Assembly (NCBI GenBank): GCA_008632985.1
Contig: QPGO01000004.1
Location: 186,001 to 250,000 of the forward strand
Source: Psammoneis japonica
Lineage: Eukaryota
Reading direction: 5' to 3'
DNA length: 64,000 nucleotides
The translations under genes were made by a program, and so were the position numbers. Shown here in pieces: positions 26,024 to 38,792 of the stretch; the first letter of the stretch is position 1, and each line of letters begins with the position of its first letter. Below the pieces are notes generated by a model. It had not been told where the DNA came from. It was given only the letters and a program-made list of their open reading frames with translations, and made no database searches.

Positions 26024-26814
26024 ATGATCTTCTCCATCAAGTCCATTGCCATCCTTTCCCTGGCGACCATCGCCATCTCCGGTACTTCGGCCATCAAAGG
26101 CGGTAAGTGTCGGAGACCATTCGCTCGCGTTCCGTGACGCTTGTGTTGCAAACGAAACGCCTTTTCAAATAGAACCGTTTTTTGCCGTTGCACTTTGCGT
26201 CCTTCTTGTTGTGAGTTTCTCGCTATGAAGCAAGCTGTCCTCTCACCATCTGCACTTGTCTCCCTCCCATGTACACAGGTTCTCGCGACGGAAACGCTTT
26301 GCGTGCCGTTCACAACGAGCGCTCCCTCCACGCGAAGGGTGAAGGGAAGGGCCATCACTTTCCCAAGGGTCATTCCGATCACCGCGAGCTGTTTCTTGAT
26401 GTCAAGCTTGCCGAAGGAGAGACCGAGATCGTTCTCGAGAACGGACCCATGCTTGTCTTTGCCGAGTGCGACGAGAACGGCACCAGCTTGGTTCTCAACA
26501 TGCAGTCAGAGGAAGACCTCTTGGTCTTTGGCGATACAAGCGAGGATAACAACCTTGAAGATCCGCCTCTTGACGACCAGATCCTTCCCGCTGGTACACT
26601 CCTCGCCAGGGAGCTTTGGGCCAAGTCTACCGACGATCAAGGGAATGACGTGAATGACGGAGCGGTGTGGGCGAACGGATACTACATTGGGTGGAACGGC
26701 GATTCCACGATTGGAATCCATCGCTCCAACGCTTCGGACTTGTCTCTTGCCGGAGACAACGTCAACTGCCTCCTTTCGGGGTTGCTCTACTACGTGCATC
26801 CCGATGACTGCTAG
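26024..26814 (+). CDS. Secreted acidic protein of unknown function, copy 1 (exons 26024-26102, 26279-26814)
   Basis: Signal peptide MIFSIKSIAILSLATIAISGTSA. A phase-1 gtaagt..acag intron joins in frame to the 26269 ORF. Confidence 0.85.
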
Positions 26815-27014
26815 ACCGGCAGTAGCAGTCCACAGGCTGGTTTCCAGATCAAAGGAACACGTAGCGTAGTGCTTTAGAAGCATCCCTAATCATCGTAGCA
26901 ATGATTTTGAGAGACTTCCCTTTCACCATGTGTCGATAAACGGTATCCATGTAACCTCCAATAAGAACAATATCGTAGAAAGTCGAGTGCAGGTCCGTAA
27001 CTCGCTCTGGGATA

Positions 27015-27325
27015 CTCTGCGATCTTGTCCAACATGATCACGGACGTGAACGCTTCTCGGGGCACGTTGACTTTGCCCATATTCGCCATTCTTTTCTTGC
27101 CTTTGGCTTGCTTCTGTAAAAGCTTCTTCTTTCGAGACAGATCTCAACCATAGTATTTGGCAAGGACATCCTTACGTATTGTGGACATTACTTCGGAAGC
27201 AATTGGTTTGACTCCAATGCATACTTGGATCGGAACCTTGAAGAGTTGTCTCGGAATAAATTCCTTGAGACTCTTCGTCAGCCTTCGTCAAACTGCTTGT
27301 GCAGCATCTCAGTGAACAATTCACG
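27015..27325 (-). pseudogene. Diverged duplicate of the EF4/GUF1 3' end
   Basis: Matches 29275-29585: [22 protein letters not shown] vs [22 protein letters not shown]. No 5' portion is present. Confidence 0.88.
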
Positions 27326-28280
27326 CCAATGGTTCTTAGTTGCAGCCTTCTTTATGAATATCGCAGACCTTGTCTCTCTAGAGTTTGCGTGGAGCTACCA
27401 TTGCAAGCGTGAGTCAGTCGATCACAAGATACTACGTCTCTCACAGGAAGGCCTGCAGAGAAAAACAAGAACAGGGACGTTAGATACGGTAGGTGCTTGA
27501 ACTAGAGATGGAATCATTTCCATCAAATTTCCTTAATAGTCGAATCAGCATTTGCACTCGATAACAACAGAATGAAGGCACACAAGAAATACTGTATGTG
27601 CCATGATTTCAGAAGGAATCCGACTGTATTTGGTTCGTGCCTGAATCTTCCTTTTCGTCGTGCATCAACATGGGCAAGAGATACCAATAGTCTCCTTACC
27701 ATTAGGCTACGTTTCGACTCATCTGAGTAACTCGTTCTGATTATGTGCGTGGTGTTCCGACGGCAGTGTCTGTTCGAAGTTCGCCGCGTGCGTGTATAAG
27801 GTTCACTACAGTGATATCGCCTGTTTTCAAAGAGTTTGAGCTGCCCCATCTTCACATATCTTCTTCGCTCTACATGTTCGATTGCTCGATTTGTGCTCCC
27901 ATAAGCTCACGAGACAATTTCATCAAGAATCGGGGTACAGAATGGAAGTCGAGGACATCCTTCAACCCTGGATCATTAGTCGTCTAGCTCAAAGAGCACC
28001 AAAATGGGCTTCATCTCACTACGGGACGTCTTTCCACATAGTGAGCTTGATAGACCGGAAAAAAGAGGATCAAACAATAATTGGACCAACCGCGCGCGAA
28101 AAGTGCGCTCAGAAGTTTGAAAAATCAGAGGTACGTAAGATTTGTAGGGCGGTCCACACGTCGTAGAATGTACGTGAAAAAAGCCACTACAAACCAAACA
28201 ATGCCGTTGCTTCGGGAGAGGCTCACAATTCGAACAAAGCCTCGATTTGTTACCGTTCTTCAACAAGCTCATCCTGCAAC

Positions 28281-29071
28281 ATGATCTTCTCCATCAAGTC
28301 CATTGCCATCCTTTCCCTGGTGACCATCGCCATCTCCGGTACTTCGGCCATCAAAGGCGGTAAGTGTCGGAGACCATTCGCTCGCGTTCCGTGACGCTTG
28401 TGTTGCAAACGAAACGCCTTTTCAAATAGAACCGTTTTTTGCCGTTGCACTTTGCGTCTTTCTTGTTGTGAGTTTCTCGCTATGAAGCAAGCTGTCCTCT
28501 CACCATCTGCACTTGTCTCCCTCCCATGTACACAGGTTCTCGCGACGGAAACGCTTTGCGTGCCGTTCGCAACGAGCGCTCCCTCCACGCGAAGGGTGAA
28601 GGGAAGGGCCATCACTTTCCCAAGGGTCATTCCGATCACCGCGAGCTGTTTCTTGATATCAAGCTTGCCGAAGGAGAGACCGAGATCGTTCTCGAGAACG
28701 GACCCATGCTCGTCTTTGCCGAGTGCGACGAGAACGGCACCAGCTTGGTTCTCAACATGGAGTCGGAGGAAGACCTCTTGGTCTTCGGCGATACAAGCGA
28801 GGATAACAACCTTGAAGATCCGCCTCTTGACGACCAGATCCTCCCCGCTGGTACACTCCTCGCCAGGGAGCTTTGGGCCAAGTCTACCGACGATCAAGGG
28901 AATGACGTGAATGACGGAGCGGTGTGGGCGAACGGATACTACATTGGGTGGAACGGCGATTCCACGATTGGAATCCATCGCTCCAACGCTTCGGACTTGT
29001 CCCTTGCCGGCGATAATGTCAACTGCCTCCTTTCGGGGTTGCTCTACTACGTGCATCCCGATGACTGCTAG
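28281..29071 (+). CDS. Secreted acidic protein of unknown function, copy 2
   Basis: Offset 2257 nt from copy 1, with the same exon/intron structure and only a few amino-acid differences. Confidence 0.85.
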
Positions 29072-29272
29072 ATTGGCAGTAGCAGTCGACAGGCTGGTTT
29101 CCATTTCAAAGGAACACGTAGCATAGTGCTTTAGAAGCATTCCTAATCATCGTAGCAATGATTTTGAGAGACTTCCCTTCGATCATGCGTCGATAAAAAA
29201 TGGTATCCATGTAACCTCCAATAAGAACAATATCGTAGAAACGTGGAGGGCAGATGCGTAACTCGCTCTAGG

Positions 29273-31457
29273 TTACTCTGCGCTCTTGTCCAACTTGATC
29301 ACGGCCATGAATGCTTCTTGGGGCACGTTGACTTTGCCCATATTCGCCATTCTTTTCTTGCCTTTGGCTTGCTTCTGTAAAAGCTTCTTCTTTCGAGACA
29401 GATCTCCACCATAGCATTTCGCAAGGACATCCTTACGCATTGGAGATATTACTTCGGAAGCAATTGGTTTGACCCCAATGCATGCTTGGATCGGAACCTT
29501 GAAGAGTTGTCTGGGAATCAATTCCTTGAGACTCTTTGTCAGCCTTCGTCCCACTGTTTGTGCAGCATCTCTGTGAACAATGCAAGCCAGGGGTGGAGCG
29601 ATCTCTCCGTTGATCTTGATGTCTAAACGAATCAAGTCGCTCTCTCTGTAGTCAATGATTTGGTATTCCATGGAGGCGTAGCCTTTGGTTCTAGACTTGA
29701 GCTGATCGAAGAAATCAGTAATTACCTCACCCAATGGAAGCTCGTACACAATGGTGGAGCGCGTAGGTGTCAAGAACTTGATATCAATGAGATTACCTCG
29801 TCTCTCTTGCCCCAGTTCCATTACCTTACCGTTGTATTCACTCGGTGTCAAAATCTCCATTCGGACATACGGTTCCAAGGTGATATCATCACGTCCAATA
29901 TCAGGCATCTTCGACGGCGAGTCCACAATTAGCTCTTCGTCTTTCTTCTTGTGGGCGACTTTGTAAACCACGCTTGGTGCTGTTACAATTAGATCAATAC
30001 CGTACTCTCTCTGCAAACGTTCTTGAACGATTTCCATATGCAACAAACCCTTCAGAAACAAAATCGGAAAAACGTGAGCAAAAGGTGGAAAAAAGGAAAC
30101 AAAGAGAAAAGTGTAGATCATACTCACAAGGAAACCCGCTCGGAATCCAAAGCCCAAGGCGCCCGAATTTTCTGGCTCGTATGAGAGTGCAGCGTCATTG
30201 AGACGCAGTTTCCCCAAAGCGTCTCGGAGACTCTCGTATTGGTCGGCATCAATTGGGAACAGCCCACAGTAGACCATTGGAACTGAATCACTGTATCCGG
30301 GCAATGGCACAATTTCTTTAGCACCATCAACTCCCTTTGCTGCTGCCTTGTATTCGCTTGCAAGGCAGATTGTGTCACCGACACGTGCATCAAGCACGTC
30401 TTTGATACTTCCGCACAAATAGCCGACTTCGCCAGCGCGCAGCTCATCAACCTGCACCTGCGTAGGCGTCATGACACCCACTTCAGTTACCTCATGTTCG
30501 GCTTGGGACGCCATGAAGCGACATTTTTCACCTTTCTTAACGGCTCCATCGACAACGCGGAAAAATACTATTACACCACGGTAGGCATCATAGTACGAAT
30601 CGAAAATCAGGGCCCGAAACGGTTGGTCTGGGGTAATTTCTGGTGGTGGGACGTACTCCACAATTGATTCCAAGATATCGTCAATCCCGATACCCGACTT
30701 CGCACTGGCCTTGACAATATTCGACGTGTCCAAACCTATTGTTGTCTCGATTTCCTCTTTTACACGATCTGGATCTGCAGCTGGCAAATCAATCTTGTTG
30801 AGAATGGGAATTATTTCAAGGTCATTCTCAAGCGCCAAATAAACATTTGCAAGAGTCTATGCAATGGCAGAAGAACCAAATATGAGAGGGAAATCATAGA
30901 ACATTTTTGCAGTCGAGAAACCCATCACATAAACATACCTGCGCCTCGATGCCTTGAGAAGCGTCGACAACAAGGAGAGCACCCTCGCACGCCGCTAGAC
31001 TTCTAGAAACTTCGTAGGAGAAATCTACGTGACCAGGAGTATCAATCAGATTCAGAGTGTAAACTTTGCCATCCTTTTTCGAAGTGTAGAGTACCCGAGC
31101 TGCCTGTAACTTGATTGTGATTCCTCGTTCTCGTTCGATGTCCATGTTGTCCAACAACTGTGCCTCCATGTCTCGTTGCGCCACCGTTTCTGTTGTTTCC
31201 AACAGACGATCAGCCAGAGTAGACTTTCCATGATCGATGTGTGCAATGATACTGAAATTCCGAATCCGAGTTGCATCGTATTCTAACCCACTCGAAGTTG
31301 TTGACTTTTTCGTAGAAGTGTCGGCCATGTAACGAGACGTTGATGATCTTTTGAACGCCATTTGTCTTGCGGCGCGAGGAACCAATGCGCAGCCATTTTG
31401 TACTAGCAATAGAATAAACGGCACCAAACAGTAGCTTTTTCGACCAAGAGGCAACAT
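29273..31457 (-). CDS. GUF1: Translation elongation factor 4 (LepA/GUF1), likely plastid-targeted; introns ~30858-30938 and ~30054-30128
   Basis: [53 protein letters not shown] and [19 protein letters not shown]-terminal signal peptide. Confidence 0.96.
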
Positions 31458-31644
31458 GATAAGGCTACTCTCTCCAATAGGCTTGCTTCTGTGGAGAACG
31501 GTGCAACAAATATAAAGAATATAAAATATGCAGTGTTGAGTGTTGCCGAAAGAAGAATGGCGGGAAAGGTGTGTGCGTCAGTTCAAAATGCAAGGCGCGC
31601 GTCGAACAAGACCCGCATCGCGCGACCCGCTCGCAACACTGCTG

Positions 31645-31892
31645 CACGACTACGGTATGGCACCCTCTACTCCTAGAGTAGAGAGTAGCTAGCTACTCTA
31701 GCTAGAGGGCCTACCCTCTCTCTACTCTAGCTAGTGTAGAGTACTGTAGCTAGTAGCCAGGTTCCTACCATACCGGTAACCCTTCTATTAATGTTACCCT
31801 CTCTCTACTCTACCGGTAGCTAGAGTAGCTCTAGTAGCCAGGTTTCTACCGTACGGTACCGGTAACCCTTCTATTAATGTCTCTTTCTACAG
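31645..31892. repeat. TpA-rich low-complexity tract (CTAG/TAG/CTAC/TACCGGTA words) with an internal ~55-bp direct repeat
   Basis: 10 TA in 31681-31740. The unit tagtagccaggtt..taccggtaacccttctattaatgt occurs twice. Confidence 0.85.
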
Positions 31893-31934
31893 GTAGTCGC
31901 AGTTTTAATTTTTCTACTTGAGCAATCCTCTTGC

Positions 31935-33073
31935 ACTCACTTTTGCTCCGACGGAACGGCTCTAGCATTATGAATATCAAATAATCATACGATCAGTTTT
32001 GTATGGCTTGAGTCCCGTTGCTTTCAATTCCTTCGCTAGCTTCAGTTCCTCCTTGGATTGAACAAAGAAATGTTTTCAGGGAGACCAGGCGTACTTCTTC
32101 CGCGGATTAGATCCAGAAATATTTCAAGCAAATCAACAACTTTCACCCTTGGAGCAACCTGATCACCCTTTTGAGTTTTCCACTCGGCCACAAGATCTTT
32201 TTTGGAGAAGTAGAGAGGAGTGCTGCCCCCGTCACTTCCTGGAACCGTCAGACCTTCATAGAAAAAGAGTGGGACTTTCCCCTGATCTGAGTAGCTCTTG
32301 TCATATTGCAGAGCTTCATCTCTATTTTCCTATTATACCCGAACGAAGGAAAAGGCAATCGCACACAGTTTGTCAGAAAGCCTTCGCAACGGAAACCGCG
32401 TCTTTTTTACTCGAACAAAAGGCGCGACGAGTGCAACACCACGTGTTTTACATTACTCACAATTGCTGGAATGAGATCGTAGGTGGTATCAAGTGTCTGG
32501 TCCCTCCTGTTCTTGCGCTCGATTTTTTGAAGGGCTAATCTCATTGCTACATCGCCTGGAATCAGAGTAATCGTAGCATCTTCCCAAACTTCACCGTACC
32601 CACCTGATTCAGCAGCGCGTTTCGCATCTGCAAGAACAGCCTGTACAGTAATTACATCAAATACCATAAATACAAAGAGCAGTTTGTAAGGAGGGCAACA
32701 ATCTCTCGTCCTTGGATTGACGGTGATTCCAACTCACCAGCCCACCCTCAAATGACATGAAGGCGTAACCTTTCGCCAATCTCTCATCTCTATTGATTTT
32801 CATATATGGAACTCCCTCTGGGTTCACAATACAGTACGTTGGAATGGGCCTTAATCTCGCCAACAACTCATTCAGTGACTTTGACGCCTCGTTTTGGCCC
32901 GACCATGCCGTTTCTGGCTGCGACATGATTCCCGCCATTATACCGGCGGATGAAAGGATAAAATGTCTCCTTTCGATGCCATGAGTTCCTTGCAATGTCG
33001 AGAGCGCAGAAGCACCGTTGAAGAGGCGACAAAGAGCCAAAGCGAGAACGAGGACCCTCATCGTACAAGCCAT
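31935..33073 (-). CDS. Tic22-like plastid protein, multi-exon; 3' end approximate
   Basis: Signal peptide and RRHF..AWS presequence. RLRPIPTYCIVNPEGVPY..AFMS..A..VL..ITLIP resembles Tic22-family N-termini. Confidence 0.55.
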
Positions 33074-33348
33074 CTGATGGATGAGCACGATTTTGACGAT
33101 CTTTCAAACTTGAACTCTTCCGCGCGCGCGCCGCATGCAAACTCTGGCGCCGCCGTCAGCCCGTCGGCGGGAGACCAACGGTAATCAAAATGTCAGGAGC
33201 GAGCAGGAAGCCTGCGAATCATCCGATAGATCCAGCTAAGGTTACAGTATGAATACTCTACTCTATAGAGAGAGAGAGAGCAAAGACTTTCTAGCTAGAG
33301 CTGTTCAAAGAATAATTCAAGCGTTTGTGAGGGTGCAAATGAAGTAGT

Positions 33349-36157
33349 TTATCGAGGCCGTGTTCTCCTGTGGCGCACGAGCACCGACAAGACTACAGTT
33401 AAGATGACAATCAAGACAGACTCCCAACTGACAATGTGCGACAACACGACATCCCATGCCTTTCGTCTTTTTCCTGGCCTCTTTGAGTTCTGCGTCTCGG
33501 CCGGACCCGAAGATTCTCGTGCTCTTTCTGTTTCGTCTTTGTTTCTGTTGTGCCACTCGTCCCACGCGTTCAATAACCTCACAACTTTTTCGTGCAAGCT
33601 CAGGAACACCAACGCAATCTGAACAGGCGTTTCACCTTCTCGGATTTGAGAATGGGGAGGCGCTGCCAAATCGTAGTGTCGTTTTGCAAGCGGGAAGTCT
33701 TGAGACAAGCCCAATCCCCATTCATGCATAAATCCTAAATTGAAGTTGGCTCGTTGGCTCTTGTGCTCTTCGGCTGCCATGCGATAGTAATGCGCCGCAT
33801 TCGCCAAGTCACTTGCAACGCGGCTTTTCCTCTTGTCCGGGTTCGCGTCATCGTCAACGGCACAAGTTCCGTCTTCATCGCGAGCTTCGCATTGCTTGGC
33901 TGGAGGGTCTTTTATGGATGGCGTTGATTGTTTCTTGAGTACCATGGATTGGAAGAGCTGGACGGCATCATTGACGGATTTACTGACAGACTTTTCAATG
34001 TGTGGAAGCAATCTCTCAGGATATACAAGGTAGTGAATCCAGGGAAATGGTCCCATCACGGGAGTCAAGCCCGGTGATCTAAAGATGGAGAGTTCGGCCG
34101 CATCATTGTCTTGTGCTTCTTCTTGACGCAATCGCCCGTAATAGTAAAAGTCTCCGACACGTAGGCAAGCTTCGGCGTTACCCTGATGCGCGGCGGCCTT
34201 CCAATATCGTACCGACGCTCTTGCACAATCCAAAGGCGACAGGTTCAGACAAACACCACGTTCCAACAAGAAGGCTGCATTGACTTGAGCTACTTCACTG
34301 CCAGTTTCGGCTGCAGCCATGTAGTTGCGTAAGCTCTCCTCATAGTTTCCCGCCATGTATTGCTTGTACGCGTGTCGAGTGCGTCGAGAGAGGGAGAGAG
34401 AGGCGTTGTCGACGACATACTTGAATTGATTTAGGGCCCGTGTACAATCCTTGTTCACAACCTTCAAATCCTTATTGTTTCCTTCAACGTTCTTCATCAC
34501 CACACCGTGGGAGTACATCATTCCTAATCGATGACGAGCTTGAATGTGACCCATGTTGGCTGCCGCGATCAAATCACTTGCAGCGTGTTGATAGTTCACT
34601 TTCGATGGACCGTTGTAGGGCTTTTTATACCCGCCTGCCTTGAGGGGATCTATCATTGTCATTGGGCTGCCGGCCCGCCACTGATAGAATCATGAGGTTC
34701 CTCATCCTCGTCTAGCTCTATGAATTTCTCTTTGAGTCCCAAATTCATCATGGCCAGATTGTAGCTAGCATCCATGTTTCCCATTTGCTTGGATAGTTTG
34801 AAGAAGTTTCGGGCCAAATCATAATTCACAGGCAGCATGTGCGGGATTCCATACAAGTGAAGAAGACCCATGCCATTGAGCGACGGGTGATCACAAAGAG
34901 AATCATCTCCATCGTCATCCTCATTATTTTTCTTCTTCTTTTTTGATCGCTTCAATCGCTCGTTGCATCCTGGGTACCCCCCAGGAGTACCCACGCGAAA
35001 GAAGTTATACGCCTTGGTCAAATCACGCTGCTCATAGTCCATACCCAAGGCCCAAAAGTAGAATTTCCCAGCTTGTCCAGCCGCTTCGGCGTGATCGTGA
35101 TTGGCAGCGATTTCGTAGTACTTGAGAGCCAAGGTCATGTTTTGTGGAACACCGCGAACACCGTAGTGATACAAATGACCAAGGGTGTAGGCGGCATTCA
35201 AATCTGGATCGACCGGTTGAGTAGCACGAATGTGATAGTACTGCAACGCTTCTGGTTGCTCGTCGGGCTTGTTGTTCACTTGCAGCCGTGAACTTGTGCC
35301 GCCGTGCAAGTGAACCTGCGCTAGTACATGCTTGTCCATGGGTGGCTGGATCTTCCCTCGATGCTGAGGGGATGCCTCCAATTCATCCATGACACCATGT
35401 GCTGCGGCCTCATAAAACGGCAGGGCCATCTTACAGTTGTGATTATGATGGTGCTCCAGAGACGAAGAGGCTTCTGAATAGTGAAAATACCGATAACCCA
35501 GAGCAACACTACTATCCACGTTTCCGTCGATCGCAGCCATTCGATACAAGAGTTGGGATTCGATAATCTGGTCGTCTTCTTCTTTATGATCTTTGTGGTC
35601 ATCGCTATTTTGACTGGGCATCATGTCCTGTGTAACTCGCAAAGACCGCGTTGCTTCTGAATCATCCTCAATGGGCCAGATACCGGAAGCCAACGCATTG
35701 GCAACCTGATATTGCGCATCCGAGTTTCCCAGTTCCGCCGCCTTTTCAAGCGAAAGCAAGGCATAGGTCTTGTTGATGGGTCGGTTCAGACGAAATGACT
35801 CGTCCACGCCGTGCAGTGCAGCGTCCCATTCCTGAATTGCTGTTTGAGCCAGCCTCCAATAGGCTTTTGCAGCCGTCACTATATCATTCGAGAGGGGTGA
35901 ATATTGCCTCCACAGGCGAATGTAATCCTCGTCTAAGGGAACACTTGGGTTTTTGGTTTCAAAGGATAAAGGGGAAATATCTTCTTCTTTCGTCTTCTTA
36001 CGACTGGGACGATGTCTTCTAATTCCGCCTGCTTTTTCCAGTTGGTGTTCGTAGTGTACCACCATGAGCTGCAACGTGACAACGACTGTACCGAGAAAAC
36101 GGCAGTGGCACCCAAGAGAGCAACTAGTAGCAATTTCTTTATAGGAAAAGTCGCCAT
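33349..36157 (-). CDS. Sel1-repeat ER membrane protein (SEL1L/Hrd3 ERAD component); apparent indels ~36075 and ~34660
   Basis: Signal peptide; Sel1 repeats (AAYTLGHLYHYGVRGVPQN, GSEVAQVNAAFLL, VGDFYYYG, ANFNLGFMHEWGLGLSQDFPLAKRHYD); C-terminal TM. Confidence 0.9.
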
Positions 36158-36391
36158 TGTGATGTGTTTTGTGGGGAGGACAGTGTGAAGAGCGGTGTAT
36201 ACAACAACGCCATTGGATGTCTCGTGAGAAAAAATGCCTCTCCAGGAATCAACACGAGGAACGAAGCACGAAGGATTTGTACGTTAGCGTCTATACGTGA
36301 TCTACGTACGTAAGGTTTTAGTATCAGCCTACGTACCAATTGCGAGCTCTTTTTTATGTCTTATTTTCGCTTTGGCACGGTGGTCTTCCAG

Positions 36392-36732
36392 AGCTACTCT
36401 CTAGGGCCCTACTCTCTACTCTAGAGTAGAGAGAGTAGCTAGTCTCTACATAGAAGTAGCTAGCTAGAGACGGTAGTACGGTAGCTACTTTCTAGAGAGT
36501 AGCCCTACCTCTAGAGCTAGCTAGAGTAGAGTAGGACCCTACTCTAGGCCTAGTAGAGAGTAGGAGTAGTGCCGGTACAGCTCTACCGGTAGTAGAAGCA
36601 CCTCTCTACCTATAGCTAGTAGAGCCTACTCCAAGGATCTATAAGTCTGTCAGGCTAGCTACCGGTACAAGAGAGGAGAATATCGTGCCGGTAGGTAGGG
36701 CCCTAGTTCACTAGAAAGAGACAAGTACTGTC
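36392..36732. repeat. TpA-rich low-complexity tract
   Basis: 11 TA, 1 CA and 0 TG in 36421-36480. Same vocabulary as the 31645 tract. Confidence 0.85.
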
Positions 36733-36733
36733 T

Positions 36734-38097
36734 CTATTTTGAATTTTGATCCATGTCTCGAAAGAATCGTTTCCATCGTTTCTCTTTTCTCGCCAGTGCA
36801 TCATCGACATCAATGGAGCAAAATTTGTATTCGTCGATAGCTTCTTGAAATTGTTGTCTCAATTGAACTTCTCCCATGGGCGACGCGAAGAAGTCTGGTA
36901 CCAATTGTTCCTCGAGTTGCAAGGACAAATCCAACAGTTGCTGCGTTTGCTCTTTTGAAGGACACTTCATTTTGCCAAAGTCGGTTGGTTTTGTAAGATT
37001 TAGCTCTTGGTGGGCGTATTGAAGAATAGCATGCTGTGCTGATGGCCTTGTGATGTCTTTCGTTTTCAACCATCCTCGTTTGTAGCCCTCCAGCAGCAAC
37101 ATGTCTAAATGCAACGCCTTTGAGGAAGATTTGTTCTTTGTCGTGGTTTCGTTAACGTTTTCATTCTTGACGAAATTACAAAAGGAGGGAGCTTCCGGTA
37201 TCATGCTGCAAAAGAAGGTGACTTGAACCAGTACATCCTTGGGATCCACCTGGTTTTCTTTTTGCTGGTGGTGCATGTTGAATATCCAGACGGTGCTGTT
37301 TGGAAAGTGGTTTGACCATTTGCGTTTCGAACTTGAAAGCTGATTGAACGAGATAGTTGCAATATCACTGCTTTCCATGTACTCTGTAAAAGTGGGAAGG
37401 TACCGTCCACCCTCGTGTGGCCAAACCTTGAGACTATTGATTTTGTTTGGCTGATTCATCTGAGCATACCAAGATGGTGCCCATTCGAAATAGCGACGAT
37501 AGCCAACAATGATGCGTACATTCCACTTTTCTAACATTGGACCAAATAGCGGAATAGATACTGTTTCTCATGTCTTTCACTGTTGTAATTTGAAAAGATC
37601 TCTTCGGACATGAACACATTGTGGCCCTTGTCATAATGCTCCTGTACTGACCGACCGAGGTCTTTCCACGCTCGTCGGCACTCTCGCTTCTTTTTCTGCT
37701 TGCATGCATAAGACAAAGGATGCAGTTTCTGGTGGGCATGCTTGCCATAATGGCCTAAATAGTATATGTTGTGCTTGTTGAGCTGCTTTTCATGATTGGC
37801 TGCATACCATTGAATCGTTGTAGTTCCGGTCTTTGGCGGGCCCACGTGCAAGATGAACAGTGGCGCAGCGTCGGCTTTCTTAGTGTCTTGTATTTTGTCA
37901 GGTTCACGAATCGATAAATTTGTCTGGGTATGCTGGAGAGCTGTATCAGCGACGCTTCCTGTGTCCAATGTGTTTATCAAAGAAAGCGTGGTTGATGTTG
38001 CTTGTTTCAAAACTCCGTCATCTATCCAAAGAGCTATTGACAAGAGAAAAACCAGAATCCAAGTGCAATTCTTGGTCTGTAAGCATCGGCATTTCAT
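36734..38097 (-). CDS. Diatom-type P-loop/sulfotransferase-like type II membrane protein; indel ~37535
   Basis: N-terminal TM, then ILHVGPPKTGTTTIQ, SEEIF and YRRYFEWAPSWY. Paralog of 40889-42409. Confidence 0.75.
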
Positions 38098-38792
38098 TTT
38101 ATGATTTCAGATTTGCGATGAGTCAGTCACGTCCTATTACAAATTGTTCGCTTCCCTTGAAATCGTGAGACAGTACAGTGTTACGATCCTTGATGAGGCA
38201 CCAGATCGCTGTGTAGATGATGAGTCGCTTACTCTTCGGTCAAAACCTTCCAAACTTGAAAAAGTGGCGGAGTTCCGAGTCATAGTCATTCGATGACTTT
38301 GGCGCATGACCTTTCTTTTAAAATATACTCATCAGAATCTAACAAATAATAGGAGTATTTGTCATATCTCCTAAGTGTCGTTTGCCTGCATGTCGCAAGG
38401 TCATCAATGACGTTATGTCGCACCAACACCACTTTTTTCTGACGGAGCTCAACATTTTGCTTGTTATGGCGCCACGCCAGCTGAGTCAGAGGCTTCGGAG
38501 CTGACAAGGAAAGGTCGCGGAAAAGAAATATTTAACCTAATACCGGCTTCTACATAAGGGAAAGACAAAAGTGTGATCCCGTGCGCTGTCCCTTTGATAA
38601 GAGGATGCCAAGTACGACCCAGACCACAATAAGTAGAAACTGGGAAGTGACTAGTTCGGGCGGTGACTCAGCCAGGTTCGGGATTTGATCGGCGCACGAT
38701 TTCAAAAACACCAGTGATGTTGTCGCCCTCACAAAATAAAAATCGGCCTTTTCGGTTGGCAAAAAGTACTTTGGAGCAAACGCAAAATTCCA

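Larger units (their letters stand above)
24977..29588. repeat. Tandem segmental duplication (unit 1 24977-27330, unit 2 27331-~29588)
   Basis: Both units start ggttctta(a/g)ttgcagccttctttatgaatatcgcag. Each contains the secreted-protein gene and the 3' ~310 bp of the EF4 gene. Confidence 0.93.

Noticed and set aside
28250..29140. 296-aa minus-strand ORF (and similar antisense ORFs over the fasciclin and 11.7-kb genes)
   Set aside because: Antisense shadows of real plus-strand genes. The equivalent frame is broken in the duplicate copy.
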